Positions 27,276 to 37,752 of a DNA stretch of 64,000 nt are shown here, piece by piece. The stretch comes from the human T2T-CHM13v2.0 reference genome, Homo sapiens. The stretch is from the NCBI RefSeq assembly GCF_009914755.1, contig NC_060927.1; one strand, 5' to 3'. How positions within the stretch are numbered: position 1 is the first letter of the stretch; each line of letters starts with the position of its first letter. The position numbers and the translations under genes were made by a program. The notes beneath the pieces are model-generated. The model ran no database searches, had not been told where the DNA came from, and saw only the letters and a list, made by a program, of their open reading frames with translations.

Positions 27276-30200
27276 TGTTGCTGGTCAACTTGGGCCTATG
27301 GAAGCCTGACAGCGTTCCCACCTGCAGCTGTAACCATTGAGAAAGGTCCCAGTTGCCAACTACCGTGCTCCGCCAGACCAGGGCTGGGCTCTCTTTGCTT
27401 GCCAGCAGCTGATAAATAACAAATCAAATAGCAGTTAAGCCAGGAATCATTTCCAGGTCCCCTGGGGTTGGGTCCTCAGCAGCTCCGCTCATCCGCCTTC
27501 CACCTCCAGTTCACATCAGCCACCACGGATTCAGGCGACACCCCATTAAGTATAATGCCTCCCATTACGGTTTCCTAATACGCACTTCATTTAGATTCAA
27601 CAAGATGTTTCTGAGCTAATAAAATCAAAAAGACTGGGTTCTATCAACTGTGTGACAGTGAACGTCTCTGGTATTTCAGGAGGGCAATTCTGGAATTAAA
27701 ATACGTCTTATCCTGTGCAGATTAGATTCTGTCCCTGGAAAATCCCTCTCTATCTCCAGCTGTCTTGGGAAGACCAGAGATAAGCTTGCTAGCTCCAGGT
27801 TTATGAATCCTAAGAGAAAAGTGGGGGAGGGAGAAGGATTATCTCTTAAGGAAAGGATAAGGAAGCCAAAGCCCAAGTTCACCAAATTCAGAGCAGTGGA
27901 ATCCCAGAGTGGATGTGGAGCTGTGAGCCCTAATTGTAAAAACAAGTCAGAAATTCAGACGGAGGAACAACGGCACCCCCAACAGCTGGATGCTGAAGCA
28001 CAGGGTGCCCGATGTTGGCTGGCGAAGGGGGGGACCCATGCCCTGGGTCTCCGTGGTGCCCTCCAAGTTTGTCTCTGACACTGCCTGTCTTCCCTTTCCT
28101 CACCCCAATATTCAGATTTTGCTCCAGTGCACTACCGGGTGCTGAAGTGGGTTACAGTGACAGCTTAGGGACAGCGGAGGTGCCGGAGTCTGCTGGTCTC
28201 AACACCGAGTGGCTGCAACTCCCTTCCTGCTATAATTTTTGGCCGGTTTGGGGTTCAGCCTGTGAGCCATCTCTTTTCCCAGCTGTCAGAGACTTGACTG
28301 CGTGCTGCAAAACAAGTCATACTACTGTGCGCAAAGAGTCAGCGGGCAGCAGGCGAGGCCTCGAGAGACTTCCCTAGGGATCTCAGGGTGTGCCCTTGGT
28401 GGCCTCTTGTGGAAGTCAAGAAGCCATTCTTGATAGGCGAGTTGCCAGATGAGAGGCTTCTGAGCACCCAAGACCCCCTGGCATAGTCAGAAAGGTGCCC
28501 GGAAGGAATGCTGCAGTGTTTGCTGATGCCTATTCAGAGGGGACACAGGGCCTCTCTTTCACGAACATCCTCAGATGGGGGGGAACTGAGGCAGCATCCA
28601 AACCAAGAATCAAAATAGGGTTAGAATTACAATTGGCTGTGTGACTCGAGCCTCCATTTTCCCTTCTGTAAAATGGGGGTGTCTCTCCCATGGCTGACTC
28701 CAGCTGGCCAGAGCTTGAGAAGTTGAGGGGATTACTTTATTTATAGAAAACCCCTTGGGGGGGTCAGACCCTAGGCCCCCTCCTCAGAGAACATGCTTGC
28801 TCTCTCCCACTCTCTCTTTTTTGTTCCAGGACCTGGTAATTATATGCTTAGAGATGAAGGCTTTTCAAAAACATCTTTCCCACCAATTTTCAGCTGGAAA
28901 CGTGCATAAAAAACAGAGATATTTTTATCCATGTTTTTTTTTTCCCTGTCTCCTCCTTCCAGCAATGGGCAATTATGAGCTTTTGCCTTCAGTCAATCGT
29001 CCTGTAGGAACTCGCTTCAGAGGAAAATTCATTTCCGCAGTGGTGCCAGCCAGTCCCGGCGAATGTGGGGTGTGCAAGTCAGGGGAGGAGGGACAGAGGG
29101 AGAAACGTGCTTGGAGCTCAGACCTGTGCACCTGGTACTCAGGCCCACGCTGCAGCCGGGGTGGGTGGCCTTCTTTTTTATTTTATTTCTCTTGAAATCA
29201 TGGCTAATTTGCCTTCATTATCTCCCGCTCTCTGGGGCCTCAGGGGGCTATTGAGCTTTGACAAAGGGAAAAGGAAGTCAACTCCTTGCCAGGCTGCCTT
29301 CGCCAGGGTCCTGCCTAAGCGGGTGGCTGGAAAGAAGCGTGGGGGAGTGGGTGGGACTATAAAGTCAGCTGGCTTTGACTGCTGCCCTGTTCTGTGAGCC
29401 TCCTGGAGGGAGGACTCAGCATCTCAAAAGGGACCACTGAGAAAACAAATGCCCAGAGGCTCCACTTGGGGCGAACAGGACATGATTTGCAGGGACGGTG
29501 AGCTGTCGGCCAGGACCATGCCAGCTCACCGGGACCCTGGGTGCTGAAGAGGACATGGGCGCTAAGTACTCCACCAAGTGACGGTCCAGCCCCAGCCAGC
29601 TTCGCCCCACCATGGAAGGGATTGTTGATATGGTGGGAAGGGAGGGATAGGCTTTGGAGTCAGTCCAACTTGGGACTTTGATTCTAAATCGGCTGCCAAC
29701 TGGCTAAGGGATCTGGGACAAGTCACTTCTCTCTGAGCCTCAGACTTCTCCTCTGCAAAATGGGGGTACTGGTGCCCACCTCATGGGTTGCTGGGAGGAA
29801 CTGTGGGGAAGTGTGCACAGAAACCATAAAACATGGCAGTTCCCTCCCTGCCTGCTTCCCTCACCTTGTTGAAAGGTTTTCCTAGATCAATCATGATGAT
29901 GGCTCCTAGTGATTAAGTGCTGGTTTCTGTGCTTCCTAAGCACGATCTCATTTAATCCTCACCACTTTTGAGGCGGTATAATCATGATTCTCATTTTACA
30001 GATGAGGAAACTGAGGCACAGAGAGGTTAAGTGATATCCCATGATAAAGGGCAGGGCCAGGGTTTGAACCCAGGCCTAATGAGGCACAGAGAGGTCAAGG
30101 GAACTGCCCAGGGGCACAGAGCTTCTAAGTGGCAGAGCCAGGATTGAAGCCCAGGCCTTCTGGCTCCCTAAGGGGTCTGGCCCTACCCTCTGGGTACCTT

Positions 30201-31299
30201 CCTGCCTACTCCCCCATCCATGCAAGCCTGGAAGTTGCTGTAATGCCTGCAGCCCCGGGGCTGTTCGGCTCCAGGCAGAGCCCCAGCTCCTTTGGGCGTT
30301 CCTCCCTGGCCACTGAGGGCTGGAACAGGCCAAGGGCTCGATGGAGATGCCTCAAAGCCAGTTACAGGCTGACCTCTGAATGACAGTTCCAATCCCCACG
30401 GGCGACAAGCCTCCCAGGAAGCCCAGCTTCCATGGGGAGAGCAGCATAGAAAGATCAGATAAGCTCGGCAGAAGCACGTTTTTCAGGGAGACAAAAAGAA
30501 ATGCATCAATACATTTAAAAATTTGAAGCCTCATTCATTTGTTGCCAAGGATTGCAAAGAAAAAAATAAAGAACCTTAATAAGTAGCACCCAGTGTTGGG
30601 CCCTTCCCTGGGCCAGGCCTGCTCTAAGCACTTTATGAATGCTAAGTCAGTTAATTGTCCTAAGAACCATGGAGGGAGGCTCACCGATTGTCCCCAGTTT
30701 ACAGATAGGGAGCCTGAGGCCCAGAGAAGCCACTGAGCTGGTGAGCTGCAGAGGCACCTGGAACCCAGGGCTCCCTGACCTCACAACAGACCATGCCCTG
30801 AACCCTTGGCTCTGCTCTTTCCCTCCAAACAGGAGGGCAACAGACCCCAAATGAGAAGCATCAGGGCACTGGGAAGGTGACAGCTCCAGTATCCCAAGAA
30901 TACCTAAGTTAGGGCTCAGGCACTCACAGGCTGGGTGCATCAGGGCTAGCAGGACCCATGGCATCACCTGGAGAGGCCGCCACCCCCACAATCCTCCTCC
31001 ACACAGGGAGAGGGGCTCCTGTCCAGCAGGCCTGAGCCACACGCAGGCCAACATCCCACCATGGGAGAGCGGGGGCGCAGTCTCAAGTTGGGGGTTGGCC
31101 TTCTGCGTTCTGGGTCCTGCTCTCCTGCCCTACTCTAAAACCAGCAATGTCAAGGAACGTGACCTCAAAATCAGGGTCACCCACAGAACCATTCAGTTTC
31201 CCAATGGCGGCTGCCTGCAGTCACAAGAAGACTGTGTCTAGCTCAGGGAGAGTAGAAGCAGAAGTCCTCACCACAACTGTCAGTCCCCGGTCCCCTGAC

Positions 31300-31935
31300 T
31301 TCACCTCCTGATGCTCGCCCTGGCCAGCTCCACTCCAGCACACTGCATTTTCTCACTTAATCCTCATAACCACACTGCCACTTGGGCACTGTTATTCTCC
31401 CCATTTTACAGCTGGGAAAACTGAGGCATGGAGATGCTAAGTGACTTGTTCCTGGTTACACAGCCAGAAGTGACAAAGCGGAGATTTGACCCTATGGGCC
31501 CACCCCACCTTGGCAACTGCACTCTAAAGGGAGGTGAAGCCTTCCTGGACACATCTGTCCTTTCGACCCAAGGCCCACCAGACTCACATCCCCCTAGGGC
31601 CTTTGCATCGGCTGTTCCCTCTGCCCACAAAACTCTTCCCCAGACATCATCAAAACTCCCGTCTCAGCTCCTTCGGGAACTTGTAGAAATGTCACCTCCT
31701 CAGGGAGGCCTTCCCCATCCGCCTGTTGGAACTTACACACGCACCCTGTACCTCCACACCTCCTCTCCACTCCCTCCCTGCTTCATGTTCCTCTGGGCAA
31801 TCAACACCATCTAAATATTTACGACTATTTTTACTGGGATGTCAGCTCCAGGGGGCCGGGCTTCTGTCTGCCTGCTCACTGCTGTGTGCAGCGCACACAT
31901 TGTCTGGCATGTAGTACATGCTCAGCAAATATTTT
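31300..31935 (+). mobile_element. L2 3' fragment, interrupted at 31344-31577
   Basis: ctccactccagcacactg ... agggcctttgcatcggctgttccctctgcc ... ggcatgtagtacatgctcagcaaatattt. Confidence 0.7.
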
Positions 31936-32579
31936 TTTAATTCAATTCCCATTTACAGATTAGGAGAATGAGAATCAAAGAGGTGGAATGAGTTTCTCAA
32001 GGTCAGAGACTAGGAAGAGACAGAGCCAGGACGCAAACTCAGGCGAAGGATCCCCCATGGCCACAGCCCCTGCTGTGGAGTAGGAGGCCAGGCCTGCCTG
32101 AGGAGTCTCAGAGCCAAGGGGTAGGCCTGGTGAGGGCCCCTCGGAGGAGTGGGTAGCCCAGGGCACAGCAGGGGGACCTTCACACATGTACACCCACACC
32201 CACTGAGACTTCCCTGCCCCCAGCATGGCAGCAAGTGCCTGCTCAGACCTAGCAGGCCTGGAACAAAGATGTCTTTGTGGCTGCGGAGTCAGAGCAGGCC
32301 TCCCGTCCTCAAGGCAGGAGAGTGAACATGGAGAGGGACTTCCTGCCAAAATCTGTGTTCAGGCCTACTGTGTGCCCCAGCCTGGGCCAATGGAGATAGG
32401 TCACAGTCCCTTCCTGCCAGAACTCTGGGGTTAGTGACAGGAAAGCAAGACTCCCTGGAGTGAGACGACATGCCCAGGGTGTGGGGCCTGAGAAGGGACC
32501 CACCCAGAGTCCATCAGGAGCAGAGAAAGGGCATAGGGCTGCCTGGTCCACAGAGCCCAGCTCCAATCGGGGCACTCAC

Positions 32580-33000
32580 TGACGCACACTGCCAGTGGGC
32601 TGACTTCTCAGGGCTGCAGTCTTCTGTGCCAAATGTGGAGGTATATGGCTGTCCTTACCAGCAACAGGGGAGGTCACATGACCAGGCCTGGCCAATCAGA
32701 GGCTCAGCGATCCATCAGGGGTGGGCATGTGATACAAGTTGGACCAATGAGAGCCGTTTCTGGGGCATTTGCTGGAACTACTGGAAATAGGCTCTCTTTC
32801 CTTAGGGATGACTGAGCTGGTTGACCTTAAGTTTGAAGGTGCCAGGAACTCTCAAGGAGAGGAGAGAGTCTGCCTGGAAATGAAGCTCACTAAAGTGAAG
32901 CAGAGCAAGCTACGAAGAGACCCAGAGTCCTAATGATGTTAATTGAGCATCTGGATCCCACTGTGCCTGAAGCTCCATCTTTACACTTTTTGGAAGAAGA
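32580..33000 (+). mobile_element. MLT1-type (MaLR) LTR fragment
   Basis: ggtcacatgaccaggcctggccaatcaga...gggcatgtgatacaagttggaccaatgaga...ctggatccca motifs. Confidence 0.65.
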
Positions 33001-34674
33001 GCCTTGGTGCTGATGCAAACTGAAGCAAGTGTGATCATGAGGTTCTGTGACCTGGGGAGGAGACCTAGGGTGGAGGCTACAGTGGTGAGGGTAGAGGTCA
33101 AGTAAGTCATCAGAGAGAGAAAATGTCAGAGAGGTCAGGAAGGGCCTTGAATGCAAGGCTTAGGAGCTGAGCAGATTTGTGTTTTGGCAAGCTTCCTCCC
33201 ATGGCAGCAAAGGGGTGGAGGCCAGGCCAGGGAGGAGACTGGGCAAAGGCCCAGGCAGTTGATGCTGACCCTGGGCCGAGGTGGAGGTCACAGGCCCATG
33301 AGGAGGGGGAGACACCTCCCTGGCAGTGCCCCAGGTAAGGTCTCCAGGGCACTGCTGCCTTTGTGGCCCTGACCACAGCAGACCAAGGTGACCCCACTCA
33401 CCTGGGCCTTGGGTTGAAAGAACAGATGTGTCCAGGCCAAGAAGGCAGAGCCTCCATTTACAGTGCAGTTGCCAAGGATGGGTGGGCCCATCGGGTCAAA
33501 TCCCAGCTTTGTCACTTCTGGCTATATAACCCTGAACAAGTCACTTAGCAGCTCTCTGCCTCAGTTTCCCCAACTGCAAAATGGAGAGAATAACAGTACC
33601 CAAGTGGCAGTGTAGTTATGAGGATTAAATGAGAAAATGCACAGAAAGCTTAGAAAAGAGCCTGGCCCAGAGGAAGCTCTCGACAACAGCCAGCTATTAT
33701 GATTATGAGTGTTATTTTTCCTGGGTCGCTAAGGCTGGGTCCAGAGGTGACCTGGCTCTGCTCCTTGCCATGGGAAGGGAGGTGGGAATCAAAGTCCACT
33801 GGGCCCTCAGAAGCAGGGCTGGGGGCTCTGCAGTAAAAGTCATCGGGGTGTCAATCCCAGCTCAGCCACTGCCCTCCCTGAGCCTTGGTTTCCTCCTCTG
33901 TCCACTGGGACCACAGTCCTTGCCCTTGGAGCTGTGGTGCAAAGATATGTCAAGAGCGTGGGAAGAAACCAGTGAGGCAACCCCAGGGCAGTGAATGCAG
34001 TATGTTCTGGTCCAGGCCCCAAGCTCCCTCTTTGGAGGAATAGGGTGAGCCCAGGCTGAGGCTGGAGAGACAGATGGAACAATCGTGTCTGCCCCTCCCC
34101 TGGGTCCCAGCCTCAGCACACCCAGGAATGTGGCAGCTGTGATCCCCCATCCCACACATTCCCAGAGCCCCAGGGGCTCACCAGTCAGACCCCCAAACCA
34201 GAGTTTCTCCTCCTGCCGAGAACCAGTCTCCTGCCCAGCTGTGCCAGCACAGGAACTCCTCACCACCACCTTGCCCATGGGCCTTGGGCTCTCACCCCTC
34301 TGGGTCGGACACTCACTCCCACCAGGCAGCTGTGCAGATCCTGAGATTGGGCAAAAGGCTTCGCTCACACCCAGATAGGACCAGCCTTCCCCCTACAAGG
34401 CTGAGCACTGCCCTCGGAACCTCCAGACCCGCCTGTTCTGCCTGCCTGTGCTGGACAGCCCTGGGGGAGGCTCAGCCATCCTGCTACAGGACAGTGGCCA
34501 GGGTCAGACAGACAGCCCCAGCAAGTGTCCTGCCCCACCCTCCCCAAGCCCTGGGTCTCCAGGGAGTGGCAGTCCCAGGTCTCAGCCATCCAGTCCCCTC
34601 TCTCTGGGCAGCAGCTCCAGAGGGATCTATGTGTTCAGCCCCATCACTCTGCCCACAGACCCCCCATTACGTAC

Positions 34675-34714
34675 CCGCCTCTCCAGGGGTCTCCCGGCTG
34701 AGCCCACACAGCAT
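34675..34714 (-). CDS. GRIP2: Proximal first coding exon, MLCGLSRETPGEA
   Basis: ATG at 34714, 40 coding nt, phase-1 donor CGG|GTACGT joining exon 2 to give ...[10 protein letters not shown]. Matches my recollection of the human reference N-terminus. Confidence 0.88.
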
Positions 34715-36524
34715 GTTCGCTATTGTCTCCCCTGCTGCCCACCAACTCCCTCGGGAGCCACGCTGCTTGGCCCTCCCTCCCCTCCCCAGGGAGGGGCTGT
34801 GGGAGGGAAGCTCACAGCTCCCACTGGCTGGGCACCGAGTCCACCCACTGCAGCGGGCGGCTCTCTGCTTAAAGGGGACATGGCTATTGTCAAGGCTGGC
34901 TCCAGGACAGGGTCCAACATGCCCCACCCCTGCAGCCTGGGTCTGGACAGGGGGTCTTTGAAGGTGGCATGCCTGGGGCTTCCCCCAGGGCTCTCAGGCA
35001 GAGAGAGAGCCTGCTTCTAACTTGCCCTGGGACTTTGGCAAACGACTCTTCCCTCACTAGGCATCAGTTTTTTCATCTGGAGACAGGGAACAGTGCTTTC
35101 CAAACTTTTTTTTTTTCTAAACGGCAGATTCCAAGAGAATTTGCACAGAACCCCAGGACATAAGCTAGATGAAGCACAGACTCTTTGACTGCATGAACAA
35201 TGCCAGGGCGTCTCTGTAGGTCTCAGCTTAGAAACCCTTGAGCTTGGAGACCCTCCAGGGCCCTCCCACCAATGTTCCAACTACCTCTCCTAGGTATCAG
35301 TTTTCCCTCGGTAAAATGGGACTTAGGAAAGATGAACCCGGCAGCCTGCCACGTGGAGTGGCCACCCAGCTTTTTGTGAAGACCAAGTGAGCTGGGTGGA
35401 GGATCTGCCCGCCTCTGGGCTTGATAGGCAGGGCCAGTTGGTCACAGGCTCCAGCCACACCTGGCAGGCTCTGCCCCGTCCCAGACCCAGCTGGGCCTTA
35501 GCCTTGCACACTCCTGGGATTCCTCCACATTGGCTCAGGACTGACCAGGCTGATCTTAATGGACACCCGAGGCTCCTCCTCTACCTGTCTGTGAGAAGGG
35601 GTGGCAGGCTGCACCCAATTTCCCCTGCCCTCCATCCCACCAGTGTGTGCTGGCACCAACTGAGGGTCAGACACCAAGAAGGGTGGGGTGATGGTGACAG
35701 GGCACTGAATGGTGGATGTCAACAACCTGTACAACTGCACAGTGCGTCTGGCAACAGAGAACCAGACAGACAAGGCCTGGCTCCCATGGAGTTCCTGACC
35801 GCGTGGGAACACACGAGCCTCGTATTTCTTCCATGTGCCCTGCAGCTAGTGGGAGAGGGCTGCCCGGTAGTTAGGGACCCGAGGTTTCTTGTGGGTTCCC
35901 TCCAGAACAGTGACCCCAGCATGGAATTTAGCCACAATTCCTGGGCCGCCCCACACTGGCTCCTGCCAGCCCAACGCTAGTGGCACCTTTAGAATAATCC
36001 AGGTTCTAAATCTGGGGCAGGGCTACTTGTGCTTTTGTATCTGCAAACTCAAGACCCTGCCCTGCCGCCCACTTCCTATGGTGCCTTCCTCTCTGGGCAA
36101 CTTGAGATCTGTTTCTGGGGGAAGGGTCCAGGTGCCAGGCAAGTTTCCCTTGACCAGCAGTGATGCCAAGGTCTCAGCCACAGGGTGGGTGGTGAGGGTC
36201 AGATTGCAGAGGGAAGACCTGAATTTAGTGGACATTTCCTGGACGACTCAAATCATGCAGGGACGGGGGTACACGCACTCAATTTGGCCACCGGTACCCT
36301 GGCAGTGGTCAGGGAGAGGCTCGCCATGAAGACCCTGGCCTTCACCAGGGCACAGAGGCCACTCTGGAGCAGTCTTAGCTTCAACCACGCGGGAAGGAAT
36401 GCATGTGAACTGCTCTAACAGATCCTCACCCCACTCGCCTCCATTCCCTCCATCTACAGCCTCTTCAGTCAGGGAGGACAGGCGCATGGCACCCAGGCAG
36501 TTGGAGTTAGATCTGCCCCTTCTT

Positions 36525-36790
36525 TCTCCCTCTTTCTCTTTCTCTCTTTTTATTTTTTATTTTTTTTATTTTTTTTTGTGACACAGCGTCTCACTCTGTC
36601 ACCTGGGCTGGAGTGCAGTGGCGCAGTCTCCACTCACTGCAACACACTGGCTGGGCTCAGATGATCCTCCCACCTCAGCCTCCCTGGTATCTGGGACTAC
36701 AGGCAGGTGCCACCATGCCTGGCTAAGTTTTACATTTTTTTGTAGTGATGAGGTTTTCACCATGTTGCCCAGGCTGGTCTCAAACTCCTG
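36525..36790 (-). mobile_element. 5'-truncated AluJ-like element
   Basis: Antisense Alu stopping at ...caaactcctg; TSD atctgc(c/t)ccttct at 36511 and 36792. Confidence 0.88.
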
Positions 36791-36792
36791 TA

Positions 36793-36974
36793 TCTGCTCC
36801 TTCTCAAAACAAAATTTGCTCTCCATACAGGTGCATTTAAATGAGTGATGAAGATTGGCAATTGGAAGCCTTGCCTCATTTCTCTGCTCCTTCTCTTAAA
36901 AAAAATTTGCTCTCCATACAGATGCATTTAAATGAGTGATTAAGATTGGCAATTGGAAGCCTTGCCACATTTCT
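36793..36974. repeat. Tandem duplication, ~90-bp unit x2
   Basis: tctgctccttctc...aaaatttgctctccatacagRtgcatttaaatgagtgatKaagattggcaattggaagccttgcc occurs twice. Confidence 0.92.
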
Positions 36975-37600
36975 GTCTCTCTCACTGCTCCTTTGGAGTT
37001 TACTTTTGTGGACCCCCAAGCTCCTGGAAAGGTCATGCCGTGGATTATGGGAGAGCTTCTGTGGCGTTTCTCTGAGTGCTTGCCATGCTATGCAATGTAG
37101 GCAGATGGGAAACAGCATCTCCCCTTTGCCCTCTGTCCTCGACACCCTACTGAGCACATTTTCATTTGATTTTATCCAAGTGCATGTTCAGAAGCAATTA
37201 TTGGCCCATTTTGGAACAAGACAGAATTTAAATAAATAACTTGGCACAGAGAGGTTAAGCAACTTGCCCAAGGTCACACAGCTGGTAAGGATGGAGCCAA
37301 GTTTCACACTCAGGAGGCCTGGCACCAGCACCGCTATTCTTAATGGCACTGCTATGGGCCTCAGGATTTCAGGGATTTGTAAAGCTTCTGGGTGTGCAGA
37401 GGAAGAGGAATTAGCTCTGTCTGGGAGTCCACTGAGAAGGGTTTTTTAGACTGACTTTGAAGGATGGGAAGGAGTTTGTCCACGAAGGAAAAAGCCATTG
37501 CACGCGTGTGAGTCCATGGCCGAAATCCCACATGACTAAGTGAGGAGACAAAGAAGGAAACAGAGATACAGCCAGGCCTGGGGTGGTCTACTAGGGTCTC

Positions 37601-37752
37601 GCTCCTCCAAGTGCAGTCTGAGGACCAGCAGCATCTGCATCACCCGGAGCTTGTCAGACACGCAGATGCTCGGGCCCCGCCCAGGCCCGCCAAATCAAAA
37701 GCTGCATGTTAAGAGGGTCCTCAGGTGATGCATATGAAGTTTGAGGAGCGCT
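37601..37752. mobile_element. MER5A-like element
   Basis: ggaccagcagcatctgcatcacccggagcttgtcagacacgcagatgctcgggcccc...aggtgatg...aagtttgag. Other MER5 pieces lie at about 2660-2820, 21250-21310, 21890-21950, 23335-23390 and 58080-58220. Confidence 0.75.

Noticed and set aside
34715-36487. In-frame open extension upstream of MLCGL and a possible upstream exon starting MRLSSLTEE at 36487
   Set aside because: A phase-1 join to CAG|GG at 34929 is formally possible, but the acceptor has a poor pyrimidine tract and the peptide shows no recognisable homology. Not supportable without transcript data.
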